64,000 nt of DNA, from positions 8,117 to 72,116 of IMG/VR virus record IMGVR_UViG_3300041409_000157. One strand, written 5' to 3'. The translations under genes were made by a program, and so were the position numbers. Numbering within the stretch: the first letter of the stretch is position 1; the number at the start of each line of letters is the position of its first letter. This document shows, piece by piece, positions 1-9,853 of this stretch. Under the pieces are notes generated by a model. The model made no database searches. It worked only from the letters and a program-made list of their open reading frames with translations, and was not told where the DNA came from. The stretch is from a virus.

Positions 1-378
1 GCCGCTGGCCTGGCCGCCGGACACGTTCCAATATTTGTTGTTGATCGGCCACTTGCGGCGGGCGAGGACGAAGGGCCGGATGTGGATGAGGCCGTCAGCA
101 CCATCCCAGCGGATCCTCTTGTTCCAGTTGACCCGATTCGACATCAGGAAGTCGAACATGCCGATCTGGGCGGCACCGCACGCCTTGACTTCCATCTGGA
201 AGCCACCGAGGGAGTCCATCACCCGGAAATTTCCGTTGCCGTCCGTAAACACCGACTCGATGTTGTCGGCGGTGATGACCTCCGTGTTACAGACGGTGAC
301 GCTGCCGCACGCCCGGATGTTGGTGCCAATGGCGGGGGCGCACTTGGTGAAGATGTTGGGAGAGATGTTGTCGGGCAT
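1..378 (-). CDS. Probable major capsid protein, N-terminal part (truncated by window edge)
   Basis: Open minus-strand frame from ATG 378 (MPDNISPNIFTKCAPAIGTNIRACG...) running off the window; absent from the ORF track; lies directly downstream of scaffold-like and portal-like genes. Function inferred from synteny only. Confidence 0.55.
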   Translation of the reverse strand, partial: MPDNISPNIFTKCAPAIGTNIRACGSVTVCNTEVITADNIESVFTDGNGNFRVMDSLGGFQMEVKACGAAQIGMFDFLMSNRVNWNKRIRWDGADGLIHIRPFVLARRKWPINNKYWNVSGGQASG

Positions 379-419
379 GTTGGTGGTGCTCAACCGGATT
401 CATTCCGGTGATGCAACCA

Positions 420-1790
420 CTATTTGCCCATCCAGCTCGCCGCCCAAGCGTTTTGCAGTTTTCCCGCGTTGCTCTGGTCGGCAGGTTTCGCACCCGCCAC
501 TTTTGGATCATTCGAGGCCGACGGAGAACGCGGCTTATCGACGTGCTCATGGCCATTCTGTGACGGTTTGATGGGAGCCGTCGCGTCCGGTTTTCCGACC
601 GCAGCTTTTGTGAAACCGCGCTTGGCAGCGAGTGAATCGATGCGATTTTCCTCATCCGTGATGATTTTTTTGCTGTCCTTGACGAGTTCCTGCTCGATGG
701 CTTCGATCATGTCGACATCGTCGAAGGTCCACTTCCCGCGCCGTTGAGACGGTGTCAGGCTGTAAAATTCCACGTTCGGAATCCAGTCTTCCCGGCGACG
801 GCCGCGAGCGTCCTTAGAGTTCCACTCACTTGGTCGAACCCCTTGCATGATTGAGTCCTTTTCAACTCCGAACTTGGCAAGTTGAAAATGGAGCGGATTG
901 CTCTCAATGTCCATCCGGGTGGCTCCGTGGGCGATCTTCTTCACCTCGGAGGTGAGCTGGGCGGCCTGCGCCATGGTAGCGGCCACAATGGGTGCCCGCA
1001 GGGGGTCCGCAGCGGTGAGTTCCGCAAGCTGTGCCTGATTCACGGTGCCGTCCTCGTTGAGGAGATTCGTGAGGGGCTTCCCAATCAGCTCGTTGGCGAC
1101 GTTCCGGGCACGCACCTGCCCCTCCCGCTGGGCAGCGGGGATGACGGAGGTGCGGGTTTCGACCTCCTTGAGCCGCTGCTCCATGCGATTGCGCTCCACC
1201 GCGACGCGTTGCTCGATGCGAGCCTCTTCCAGATGCTCCTGCTCGATGGCGGCGGAGGGATCACTCTCGAAGAACTCGTTGTGCTCCTCATCCTCCGGGT
1301 TAAAGGTCTTGCCGGGGTGTTCCGCCTTCCAGTTCTGCTCGTATTGCACCTGCTGCTCGACGAACTTCTCCCACTCCTTCGATTTCCCGGCATACTTGTC
1401 CGGGAAGAGCCGTTCCAGCGTCTCGAACTGCTGCTGGCGGCGCAGGGCCTCGGGCGGAAGCTTGAAGGACGCTTGTGTTTGGGGCCTCTCCTCGCTGGCT
1501 CGAGACTTCACTGCCTCACTGACGACCCGTCCGACATCCCGGACAGCGTTCCCCAGCGTGGTAGCTAGGTCGGAAGGCTGTTCCGTGGGCTTCGACTCTT
1601 CGATCCCGGCTTCCGGCTCCTTCTTCTCCTCGACTTTCGGTTCAGGAGCCTTCTCCTCTGGGGGTTTCTCCTCTTTGGGAGCCTCCGGCTCGGCCTTAGC
1701 AGGCTTCTGGAGCCAGTCGGCGGCATACTTCGCCATCAGGCTCTTGGTTTCTTCGGCGGGTGTAGCGGGGGGTTCGAGTGTGGCTGGCAT
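420..1790 (-). CDS. Putative capsid scaffolding/assembly protein
   Basis: Start re-assigned to MPATLEP at 1790, just after the upstream stop; P/E/K-rich disordered N-terminus and helical charged core; sits between portal and capsid. Confidence 0.55.
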   Translation of the reverse strand: MPATLEPPATPAEETKSLMAKYAADWLQKPAKAEPEAPKEEKPPEEKAPEPKVEEKKEPEAGIEESKPTEQPSDLATTLGNAVRDVGRVVSEAVKSRASEERPQTQASFKLPPEALRRQQQFETLERLFPDKYAGKSKEWEKFVEQQVQYEQNWKAEHPGKTFNPEDEEHNEFFESDPSAAIEQEHLEEARIEQRVAVERNRMEQRLKEVETRTSVIPAAQREGQVRARNVANELIGKPLTNLLNEDGTVNQAQLAELTAADPLRAPIVAATMAQAAQLTSEVKKIAHGATRMDIESNPLHFQLAKFGVEKDSIMQGVRPSEWNSKDARGRRREDWIPNVEFYSLTPSQRRGKWTFDDVDMIEAIEQELVKDSKKIITDEENRIDSLAAKRGFTKAAVGKPDATAPIKPSQNGHEHVDKPRSPSASNDPKVAGAKPADQSNAGKLQNAWAASWMGK

Positions 1791-1791
1791 A

Positions 1792-2091
1792 TCAGTTGAT
1801 GACGCGCACAACGTCGAGGTTTTCGACGTCACTTTCAAGCTCTTTCAGCACATCCAGCACGTTGAGGTAGCGGGATGCCACTTGGAATTCCCCCGCTGCG
1901 GCCTGCTGCTTGGCTGCCATTGGCTGAACGGCCTTGTGAGCACCGTTCGCCACAGCCTCGATGCCCCGGCCCCGCACGACGGACTCAAACAGGAGGCGCT
2001 CCGGCTGGGAGAGCCACTTGAGGAGGGATGTTCGCTGGGATTCCGTCAGGGGGGATTTCTCCAGACGGAGGAGTTGGGAGAGTTCGCTCAT
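1792..2091 (-). CDS. Small head-module protein
   Basis: 99 aa helical ORF between portal and scaffold; stop abuts the next start; overlaps the portal 3' end by 107 nt. Confidence 0.6.
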   Translation of the reverse strand: MSELSQLLRLEKSPLTESQRTSLLKWLSQPERLLFESVVRGRGIEAVANGAHKAVQPMAAKQQAAAGEFQVASRYLNVLDVLKELESDVENLDVVRVIN

Positions 2092-4522
2092 CGTAGGTCA
2101 TTGGGGACGGCGCAGGAGGGGCCTGCGTGGCTGCCTGAAGGATTTGCGCAAGCTGCATCACGGCTTGCTTCGTCTCAGCGGTGACCTGCGCCACCTGCTG
2201 GACCTGATGCTCAAGCTGCGTGATCTCGGCCTGCTGCTTGGCGATCTGCTCGGCCGCAGGCTTGACCACCTGCTCCGCCATCAGGTCGCTGGCCTGCTTC
2301 ACGGCTTCCTGCACCGTGGCTTCCTGCATCTGCTTAGCCTGCTGCGCTTCATCTGCGCCGGTAACCCCAGTGCCAGTAGGCTCGATCTTAAAATCGCTGC
2401 CAGCGCCGCCAAGGATGGCTGCCTGCTCGATGCCTTTGACGATGGTGCGGGCACCCACCTGCTGCGCCAGCTCTGGATTGGAGGCAATCGCCTGCCACGT
2501 CTTCATCTGGACGGTGGCTGCCTGAGAGTCGGTGCCCCGGTCGGGACCGTCCCGGGTGGAAGCGAGGCCCTCCAGCAGCATCGGCATGATGCTCTGCTTC
2601 TTCACCTTCACACGGGTCTTCACGTTGCCACCGCCACGGGTGACCACCTCGAATCCAAGCTTCTTGGCGTGCTCTTCAAGGTTCGGGATGTCGGGGGAAA
2701 TCAAGGCGATGAAACCGGTGTCCATGTAGGCCACGGAAGCATCCGCGATCTGCTTCTTCCAAGCATCGATAGCGTCGTCGATGAAGGTGCCCGTGTAGGC
2801 CACGCGCACGCCCACGTTGCCACTGATGGTCTTGATCTCCTGCGCAGACTGCTGGTGGCTGGCCGCAGAGCCAATCTCCTGCGCGGACAGCACTAGCATC
2901 CGCTCGGCAATCCCGATGACGGTGTTCAGCGTGTTGGTGAGTTCCGCCACGCTCTGCTTCGGGAAGCTCACCTGATCGAAGGCACGGCGCGTATCCAGCC
3001 CGGCGATGGCGTTCTTCTCATTGTCCATCTCCATCCATGTGATGGCCCGGGCCAGCATCTCGCTGGGGTTCTTGAGCTTCTGCAACTGCGTGGCGTCGAC
3101 CTGCCACTTGTCGTAGAACACCACGTTAATGAGGTTCTGCTTCGCCGTCAGGAGAATCTGACTGAGGATGTTACCGAGCTGGTCCTGAAACGGAATCAGC
3201 TCCAAGGCCATGCTCGGATTGCGCACCCGGCCGCCGTCAGCATCGTAGCCGAAGTAGGTGTTCGGGGTGTAGGACAGCGGCTCCGCAAAGATCACCGTGT
3301 CGTTAGATGCCACCACGAACCGGAACCAGACCGGGTATTCGTATTCGCCCAAGTCCCACTCCTTCGGAACCAGCTTGAAAAAGCACTCCGTTAGGAAGAT
3401 GGCCTTGTCTTCATCGGCCAGACAGTAGAACGCAGCTCGGTCCTCCCGATTGCTCTCACTGACAGGTCGGCACGACGGGAACTGCATCGTGCAGGGGTAG
3501 AAGTCGCTGAAGTAGGTGCCGGACAGCGTGTTCTCGAACCAGTTCGTGCCAAACGGGATGACCTCTTTGTTGAAGTAATCCGAGTTGTGATACACCGAGC
3601 CGTAACGCACCACGCGCCAGTGCCCGCTGAACTCGCAGCCTGAGTCCGAATTGAAGGAGCTGGTTGGCCACATCAAGTCGTAGAAGAACCGCGTGGGATG
3701 CGGTTGCAGGAAGCGTAGACCTTCCCGGATGGTGGTCTTCTTGAATCCGTCCCCGTCAGGCACCATCTGCTCTTCATGATACCACGCCTCCGCTGGGAAC
3801 ATCATGCAGATGCCGTAGAGCAGGTCGTGGAGGATGGCATCCTTCAGTTGAGCGCGATACCCAAACTGGGTGACCATGGCTTCTGCCACGGAGGTAAGGA
3901 TTTCACACAGGACGCGGTTTTCCTCGGTGGCGACAATCGGCTCATACTTGAAGAGCGGAATCTGGTCCCGGTCTGTGTAAAGTTTCGCGGCTCGGACAGT
4001 GACGTAGGCTTTGACGAGCGGGATGAGCGTGCGGACGAGGCTGGGCGCGTGGACGTCATAGAGGCAGTTTCCCTTGGTATCCCGCAGTTGCTTGCCATTC
4101 GCATCGCACCGCAGCGAGAAGATGTCCTCCCAGTTGAGGCCCCAACCCCTAATTACCTCCAGCGACTCTTCGTAGGTCATCTTCTTCTCGATGACGTGCT
4201 GGACGAGCGTTGGGGTGGTCTGCTGGTAGGCCGCATCGTAGGCATAGTCGATGGCGGCAAAGTAGCGGAAGTCGCGCAGGTTGAGGGTGCGCCCCTCCTG
4301 AATCCGACTGTAGATCAACCGACGCAGACGGCGCACGCCAGCTTTCTCGCCAGTGGCGGGATCATCAGGCAGCGGCATTGGACCGCCGCCAGTCTGCGTG
4401 GGGATTTCCGTCGGGGGAGGCGTCTTGCGAATCTTCTCGGAGACTTCCTTGGGAAGCTCGAAAAGCTTGCGGAGTGACTCCGTGTCACAGCCGTATTTAG
4501 AGAAGACCCGGGGAGATACCAT
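1985..4522 (-). CDS. Portal (head-tail connector) protein, putative
   Basis: 845 aa with strong coding bias and a C-terminal Q/A-rich coiled coil as in P22-like portals; upstream of scaffold and capsid. Confidence 0.7.
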   Translation of the reverse strand: MVSPRVFSKYGCDTESLRKLFELPKEVSEKIRKTPPPTEIPTQTGGGPMPLPDDPATGEKAGVRRLRRLIYSRIQEGRTLNLRDFRYFAAIDYAYDAAYQQTTPTLVQHVIEKKMTYEESLEVIRGWGLNWEDIFSLRCDANGKQLRDTKGNCLYDVHAPSLVRTLIPLVKAYVTVRAAKLYTDRDQIPLFKYEPIVATEENRVLCEILTSVAEAMVTQFGYRAQLKDAILHDLLYGICMMFPAEAWYHEEQMVPDGDGFKKTTIREGLRFLQPHPTRFFYDLMWPTSSFNSDSGCEFSGHWRVVRYGSVYHNSDYFNKEVIPFGTNWFENTLSGTYFSDFYPCTMQFPSCRPVSESNREDRAAFYCLADEDKAIFLTECFFKLVPKEWDLGEYEYPVWFRFVVASNDTVIFAEPLSYTPNTYFGYDADGGRVRNPSMALELIPFQDQLGNILSQILLTAKQNLINVVFYDKWQVDATQLQKLKNPSEMLARAITWMEMDNEKNAIAGLDTRRAFDQVSFPKQSVAELTNTLNTVIGIAERMLVLSAQEIGSAASHQQSAQEIKTISGNVGVRVAYTGTFIDDAIDAWKKQIADASVAYMDTGFIALISPDIPNLEEHAKKLGFEVVTRGGGNVKTRVKVKKQSIMPMLLEGLASTRDGPDRGTDSQAATVQMKTWQAIASNPELAQQVGARTIVKGIEQAAILGGAGSDFKIEPTGTGVTGADEAQQAKQMQEATVQEAVKQASDLMAEQVVKPAAEQIAKQQAEITQLEHQVQQVAQVTAETKQAVMQLAQILQAATQAPPAPSPMTYDERTLPTPPSGEIPPDGIPANIPPQVALPAGAPPV

Positions 4523-4525
4523 GGG

Positions 4526-4693
4526 TTACTTTCCGGTCATCGACAATCGCTGGAAACGCTTTTTGCCGTATTTGGCGCGACCAGCCGCGGCGGCGATGGA
4601 TTCGGCAGCCTTCGCGCTCTTGCCCCGCGACATGATCTCGCGCTTCAACTTCTTGAAGCGGCCGCCGCCGCCGAGTTTCATTGAATCACCCAT
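4526..4693 (-). CDS. Small basic protein (55 aa)
   Basis: MGDSMKLGGGGRFKKLKREIMSRGKSAKAAESIAAAAGRAKYGKKRFQRLSMTGK; below the ORF-track cutoff; fills the gap before the portal start; resembles small K/G-rich proteins near phage head genes. Confidence 0.7.
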   Translation of the reverse strand: MGDSMKLGGGGRFKKLKREIMSRGKSAKAAESIAAAAGRAKYGKKRFQRLSMTGK

Positions 4694-5114
4694 AAATCGA
4701 ACTGTATTCGCAGAGCACGTTTCCGTTTTTATCCTTCACTCTGCAAAATGAAAGACCGTCAATCTTCGGAGCGCATTTCGAGATGTCGAAGTCCGGGCTT
4801 TGGCGGTGGGTAATAACAATCTGAATAGGCTTTGGAATGAGATTTTTCCTTGAAAGAAGCGATGCTGTCTTCCAGAAAGCTTTTCGACTTAGTCCGTTCA
4901 TCGTATTCGGCAGATGCGGATAGCGAAGCGCGTCCATCGGTTCAATCAGCCATAGAAGGAGCCGTGGCCAAACCGGAAACCCGTCTCTTTTGTAGGTGAC
5001 CCGGTGAGCATCCGAGAAAATCCCACGAACCCACGTCCTAAACAGCATGATTCGATACGATGTTTGGAGCGAGAGTATCGCTTTATCCCAAAGGATATGG
5101 AGTGATTCCTTCAC
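4686..5114 (-). CDS. Hypothetical protein
   Basis: 142 aa, coupled to both neighbours, lower GC than flanks. Confidence 0.5.
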   Translation of the reverse strand: MKESLHILWDKAILSLQTSYRIMLFRTWVRGIFSDAHRVTYKRDGFPVWPRLLLWLIEPMDALRYPHLPNTMNGLSRKAFWKTASLLSRKNLIPKPIQIVITHRQSPDFDISKCAPKIDGLSFCRVKDKNGNVLCEYSSIYG

Positions 5115-5392
5115 TTCATCCCCTTCCCGCCGCCAATCACGAGCATCATGGCGGGGTTCTTCTTGCTCTTCATCGGCATCTCCTCTTCCCCCATGCCGCC
5201 CTCCTCCTTCGTCTCCGCCTCACCTTCACCCTCCGGTTCCGCGTATTCCACCGAGGCAACGTCGAGGACGAACTTGCCGTCGGTCTGCCGCACGGTGCCC
5301 TTCACCTTGAAGGATTCCTCGTCGCCGACCGCGCAGCCGGAGACTTCGCTCATCACGCTCTTGTCGTTCGGGTCCAAGATCAACTGGTTCAT
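5111..5392 (-). CDS. Small acidic hypothetical protein
   Basis: MNQLILDPNDK...; E-rich with a basic C-terminal tail; good codon bias. Confidence 0.65.
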   Translation of the reverse strand: MNQLILDPNDKSVMSEVSGCAVGDEESFKVKGTVRQTDGKFVLDVASVEYAEPEGEGEAETKEEGGMGEEEMPMKSKKNPAMMLVIGGGKGMK

Positions 5393-5439
5393 TGTGGTTG
5401 AATGCTGCTCCAGCTTTGTGCATTGTTCAAGGAGCAAAT

Positions 5440-5709
5440 ATGAAACCTACATTGATGACGCCGCCGCTCAGATTACAAGCAATCCGTAACCGATTGAGCG
5501 CGTTGCTCCAGCGCCGGGTCACACCAATGGCTCCAGCATCCGTTAATGAAAAGGAAGGATGGTTCATCAACAGTCTTCAGAATCAGTTCTTCCGCCAGCA
5601 AAAGCCAGTCACAGTCCTCCTTAAAGATGGCTCTGAGAAAATCCTGAAGTGCCCCTCTTGCAGCAGGATGATGAACCAATTCGTAACCCACTGGAAACAC
5701 CATGTCTGA
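5440..5709 (+). CDS. Hypothetical protein upstream of terminase (CxxC...H..HH motif)
   Basis: GGAG upstream of ATG 5440; overlaps the terminase start. Confidence 0.45.
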   Translation: MKPTLMTPPLRLQAIRNRLSALLQRRVTPMAPASVNEKEGWFINSLQNQFFRQQKPVTVLLKDGSEKILKCPSCSRMMNQFVTHWKHHV

Positions 5710-7276
5710 GGCGCTTGACTGGGCACCATCCACCTCCCCCAAGCAGGATCTCCTGCGCTGGCTCGTCCACCCAGACAATCCCGACCGGAAACCCTACACC
5801 TGCGTCAGCGGTCCCCGCATGTCGAGCAAGACCATCGGGTGCCTCCACGCCGTGGTCGAGAACGCATGGCTCGTGAACCGTGCCAGATGGTCCATGCTCT
5901 CCCCCACCGTCACCAACGCCACGGACGGCGGCTTCTGGAACGACCTCACCGAGGTGGTCATCCCGAAGTGGATCGAAGCTGACATCGGCATGAAGTGGCA
6001 CAAGGAGCCTTACGTGGAAGCCGTCTCCAAGCGGCACAAGTGCTCGATCATCAACTCGCACGGCACCGTGAGTGTCTTCCAGCTGGAGTCCTTCCGGGAG
6101 GGGGCCAACATTGACGACCTGAAGACGCGCTTCAAGGGCAAGCGGTTCAACGGCATCTACTGGTCGGAGGCGGGCACCTGGGTCAAGACGCGCGAGGCGT
6201 TCGACATCCTCATGGGCTGCTTTCGCAGTGACGCTGACATGACATGGAAGAAGGACGACTACACCATGCTCATCGACACGAATCCTGAGCCCCCCGGTGA
6301 GGCGCACTGGATTTACGAGATGTTCTACAAGTTCCGCACCCTGGATTCCTCGGTGCTCATGGACTTGGTGAACGGCAAGGATGTCTCCATTGAGGACATG
6401 CTTCGCAAGCAGAACCAGCTCGGTCTCATTGAGTTCTTCGTCAAGGATAACCCGTTCCTAACGCCCGACCAGCTCGCAGAGCTGAAGACCCGCTACGCTC
6501 ACTCTCCTGAGCTGTGGGACCGCTACTACCTCGGGAAGTGGACCTCCGCCGCTTCCGACGGCCTGTTCTTCGACGTGTTCCGGCCAGTCATCCACACGGC
6601 GGGTGAGAGCGAGACACCCATCAACAAGGAGCCGCTCCTGCTCCTGCCATCCGATGACTGCCACGAGTTATTTTGCGGAGTGGACCCCGGCATCAGCAAC
6701 TACGCGGCGGTGATTGCAGAGGAGTTCCTCTGGCCCGACAAGCACGGCAAAGAGCAGGTGAACTTCAACGTGGTCGACGAGCTGGTGTGGTTGGCTGAGG
6801 ACGCCAGTATTGGAGAATTCACTGGAGAACTCATGGCCAAGATGGACTTCTGGGAGAACCTGCTCAACCGGAAAGTACGCTGGCATCACTTCTCCGACCG
6901 CTCCGCCTTCGACATGCGCGAGAGCATCAGCAACCGACGTCAGCATGTGGAGGTGGCGCTGGTGTCCAACAAACGGATCATGCTCACAGCGGTGATGAAG
7001 GGTGACGGATCAGTGCGCCAGCGCATCGACATCCTGCGGAAGCTCCTGCATCAGGACCGCATCACGTTCTCCAAGGCGCGCTGCCCGCACACGATTCGCG
7101 CAGTGGAGTCGCTGAGGAAGGGCAAGAACTACCCGCTGGACAAGCAGAGCGAGCACAAGCACGCCTTCGACGCGCTCACCTACATGCTCTCTACGCGGTG
7201 CTATCAGGAGCTGTTCCGCCAGAGCAAGACGCGGGTGGAGCGGGTTGCTCCGGTGATGACGCAGATTGTGCTGTAG
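5702..7276 (+). CDS. terL: Terminase large subunit
   Basis: Walker A-like SGPRMSSKT, Walker B-like IYWSEA, coupling motif DTNP, nuclease motifs GVDPG and HAFDAL. Confidence 0.9.
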   Translation: MSEALDWAPSTSPKQDLLRWLVHPDNPDRKPYTCVSGPRMSSKTIGCLHAVVENAWLVNRARWSMLSPTVTNATDGGFWNDLTEVVIPKWIEADIGMKWHKEPYVEAVSKRHKCSIINSHGTVSVFQLESFREGANIDDLKTRFKGKRFNGIYWSEAGTWVKTREAFDILMGCFRSDADMTWKKDDYTMLIDTNPEPPGEAHWIYEMFYKFRTLDSSVLMDLVNGKDVSIEDMLRKQNQLGLIEFFVKDNPFLTPDQLAELKTRYAHSPELWDRYYLGKWTSAASDGLFFDVFRPVIHTAGESETPINKEPLLLLPSDDCHELFCGVDPGISNYAAVIAEEFLWPDKHGKEQVNFNVVDELVWLAEDASIGEFTGELMAKMDFWENLLNRKVRWHHFSDRSAFDMRESISNRRQHVEVALVSNKRIMLTAVMKGDGSVRQRIDILRKLLHQDRITFSKARCPHTIRAVESLRKGKNYPLDKQSEHKHAFDALTYMLSTRCYQELFRQSKTRVERVAPVMTQIVL

Positions 7277-7532
7277 GCCAGTGCTTCGCCAGCTCCTGCT
7301 CCGCCGCATCCAGCGCCGCCTTGAGTTTTCCAGTCGCCGGGGAATCTCCGAGGTGGTTCAGCGTGGCGCAGAAGAGGTTGTCGAGGATGGTGGCGCGATG
7401 GTCTAGCTGCGCATAGCAACTGGAGAGTTCCGCTTGCAGGGCCGCGACGCGGGCCTCTGCAAGCGAAGCGCGCTCACTCCACGCATCTCTCTCGTAAGCC
7501 AGTTCAGCACACCGCTGCAATGGTCCCCTCAT
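7191..7532 (-). CDS. Hypothetical coiled-coil protein
   Basis: ATGA-coupled to the HD gene; converges on and overlaps the terminase end. Confidence 0.45.
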   Translation of the reverse strand: MRGPLQRCAELAYERDAWSERASLAEARVAALQAELSSCYAQLDHRATILDNLFCATLNHLGDSPATGKLKAALDAAEQELAKHWPTAQSASSPEQPAPPASCSGGTAPDSTA

Positions 7533-8032
7533 GGCCTCCATGGGTTTTTCAGAAGGTTGAACTGTCGGAGAAACTCGAACGCGGAGGCGTGTTTCTTGGG
7601 TGGGGCAAAGTATGCGGTTCCGCACTGAAGAGGCTTGAACAGCTCCGTCCGCTCCATGTCAAGTGCGCGACGATCTGCGGCGAGGACCGCAGATGAAAGC
7701 TCCACCGGAACACCGAACTTCCTCGCAATCACACCCCACAGCATGTCCTCAATCCGCTGAAACTCCGGCATGAGATTCTTCAGCGGTGTTACGACGTCTC
7801 CACAAAATGCTTCCGGCGCGTCGTGCAGAAGCGCCTGCAACTTGTGCTTCGGCTCCACCAGCTCCATCACAAGCAGCGAGTGGGAGGCCACCGAGTAGTG
7901 CCTGCGGGTGTGACCCCCAAAGCGGCAGATGTTGGCGAGCGCGTGGGCGATGTCCTCGATGAGGATGGTGTCCGGGTCCGGCGCGATGAGGTTCACGCGC
8001 TGTCCGCTGTGGGTGGTCATGATGCCGGTCAT
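7529..8032 (-). CDS. HD-domain phosphohydrolase (YfbR/YfdR-like)
   Basis: IAHALANICRFGGH, YSVASHS and ALLHDAPEA..GD motifs; start re-assigned to 8032. Confidence 0.85.
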   Translation of the reverse strand: MTGIMTTHSGQRVNLIAPDPDTILIEDIAHALANICRFGGHTRRHYSVASHSLLVMELVEPKHKLQALLHDAPEAFCGDVVTPLKNLMPEFQRIEDMLWGVIARKFGVPVELSSAVLAADRRALDMERTELFKPLQCGTAYFAPPKKHASAFEFLRQFNLLKNPWRP

Positions 8033-8037
8033 GGGGA

Positions 8038-8286
8038 TCAGGATTCGAGGACTCCGCAGGGGAGCCATGTGCGGTAGGCGTCGTTCAGTCCGGCTGGGTC
8101 GGTGGAGTGGAGGGCACCTGATTTTGGCAGGTTTGAAAGTCCGTGCCACCGGCTACCACACAGGACGAGTCCGTCAGTATCGGAGGCCGAAATGACCGAC
8201 CGGTAACCATCTGTGAACTTGATGACGGCACCAACCGGAACCTCGTCCTGTTTCCACGCCCGAATCTTCACGCGCTTCTTTTTCAT
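8038..8286 (-). CDS. Hypothetical protein
   Basis: 82 aa ORF preceded by a leaderless-type promoter. Confidence 0.6.
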   Translation of the reverse strand: MKKKRVKIRAWKQDEVPVGAVIKFTDGYRSVISASDTDGLVLCGSRWHGLSNLPKSGALHSTDPAGLNDAYRTWLPCGVLES

Positions 8287-8292
8287 GCCCTC

Positions 8293-8321
8293 AATCTGCC
8301 GTCACTTTGAGAAACTGTCAA
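8293..8321 (-). promoter_or_regulatory. Sigma70-like promoter, leaderless type
   Basis: TTGACA-17nt-CAGATT-6nt-ATG; spacer contains CAAAGTGACG. Confidence 0.55.
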
Positions 8322-8728
8322 CGACCAAAATTCTGCACGCTGCCATCTTTCCCGCACCACTTCGCGGAGTGGCCGCCAAAGAGCCGCAGCAGACGCCATG
8401 CGTTATGCGCCAGCACCCAGAGCTTGCAGGCGGTGCCGGTCTGCGGCCGGATGCTCGAAGGCTCCTTCAGCAGGCGGGTGGCCACGAGGGTTGAATCCGT
8501 GAGGATCTCCAGCCGGATGGCCGCGAGGGCGCGTTTCCTGGCCGTGCATTCGGCGATGATTCTGGCCAGACCGGAGATGCAGGCCAGCCACTCCGCCTCA
8601 TTCGCTGTGCCGTGGCCAAGCTCGATGTGATTCTCCCGGGAGATTTCCTTCTCGCCGTGCAGGATGATGAATGAGCCGAAGCGTTCGCCAGTGCAGCCAC
8701 CGGAGAATTTGAGGGTGAGGGTGGTCAC
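8318..8728 (-). CDS. RNase HI-like protein (first catalytic Asp replaced)
   Basis: LKFSGG, TANEAEW and ILTDS correspond to RNase HI motifs DG, TNNxAE and xDS. Confidence 0.7.
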   Translation of the reverse strand: MTTLTLKFSGGCTGERFGSFIILHGEKEISRENHIELGHGTANEAEWLACISGLARIIAECTARKRALAAIRLEILTDSTLVATRLLKEPSSIRPQTGTACKLWVLAHNAWRLLRLFGGHSAKWCGKDGSVQNFGR

Positions 8729-8922
8729 TTGGAAACATCCATGACAGCCGCCTCAAGAACTCTGGATCGAAGGGCGGCGCGCCTTCGGTTAGCCATGTCC
8801 AGCTCATCACCGAGCCACTTGATGCACTCCAGCAAATCCTTCCGCCTCCACCTGCTAAGGTTCATTCCCTCAGCAAGGTCGTTGCAGGGCTGCTCCATTT
8901 CCTCACGGCGTTTGATGGTCAC
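8725..8922 (-). CDS. Hypothetical protein
   Basis: 4-nt overlaps with both neighbours. Confidence 0.55.
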   Translation of the reverse strand: MTIKRREEMEQPCNDLAEGMNLSRWRRKDLLECIKWLGDELDMANRRRAALRSRVLEAAVMDVSK

Positions 8923-9194
8923 AGTTCCACCTCAATCTTCGGCTTGCGCTTACCACCCATAACAAATTCCATGAGCAGTGACTTTGAAGGACGCCGTGCA
9001 GGGTTGGTGACCCGCGTATCCCAGTCGATCAGGTCATCCTCCACCTGATGCTCCAGGCACCGCTCTCCCGCCGCCAGTTCATCCGCCTGCTCGCGGGTGG
9101 CCTCGCCATCGAACTCGTGGATGGCGGCCCGCTCAAGCTGGATGTCGAGACAGTGGGGGCATTCGGATGGGGTCACTTGTTCGCCTCCTGCCAT
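8919..9194 (-). CDS. Hypothetical protein (ERAAIxEFDG motif)
   Basis: CPHC plus ERAAIHEFDG motif typical of small phage proteins. Confidence 0.6.
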   Translation of the reverse strand: MAGGEQVTPSECPHCLDIQLERAAIHEFDGEATREQADELAAGERCLEHQVEDDLIDWDTRVTNPARRPSKSLLMEFVMGGKRKPKIEVEL

Positions 9195-9847
9195 GCGGTG
9201 AGGGCAAGCTGCATCTTTGGAAGACTGGCATACTTACCGGTTCCACAGCATGTGTTACAGCACACCCATTCTCCCGTTCTGTCGTAAGTGGTGTCCATGA
9301 ACCCCTTCTTTCCTTTGCATGTTGGACACACCTCGAAAACATTGGCCATCCCCTCCGCCGCCTTGACCTTGAGGCGGAGCTTTTCGATGATCTCTCCCTG
9401 CACCTTCAACAAATCGCCGTGAATGGATAGATTTGTCTCAACGCCACGCAACCGCTCCACCTCCGCACGGAGCGAGGCGAGTTTGGCTGACTGCGCGTGA
9501 GATTCGTTGATGGACTGTTGCGCATTGCTCAACAGATTTTCTGAAGTGCGCTCGTCAGCCAGTGCAACTGCAAGCTCGCTCCGCAACCGCTCCACTTCCG
9601 CCAGCATCTCGCGCCCGGCGTTTGTGGCGAGGGCGGATCTGCCGGTGTTAAAGGCGGCTGCCATAACAGAATGCTCTTTCGTTGGGAACGCAGACGCCAA
9701 GACAATTTCCAATCCCGTCCGCAACTTCGCCGCCCCGGATTCCGATTTACGGAGTTCGCGTTCGAGTTCTCTTGCCATTTCGATTGGAACATGATGCCAT
9801 CCATGGCAGTTCTTCAACACACGATCAGTTCTTGGTGTATCACTCAT
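9173..9847 (-). CDS. Coiled-coil protein with DnaJ-type Zn finger
   Basis: CPTCKGKKG and CNTCCGTG repeats; duplicated AEVERLR. Confidence 0.65.
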   Translation of the reverse strand: MSDTPRTDRVLKNCHGWHHVPIEMARELERELRKSESGAAKLRTGLEIVLASAFPTKEHSVMAAAFNTGRSALATNAGREMLAEVERLRSELAVALADERTSENLLSNAQQSINESHAQSAKLASLRAEVERLRGVETNLSIHGDLLKVQGEIIEKLRLKVKAAEGMANVFEVCPTCKGKKGFMDTTYDRTGEWVCCNTCCGTGKYASLPKMQLALTAWQEANK

Positions 9848-9853
9848 GCCGCG

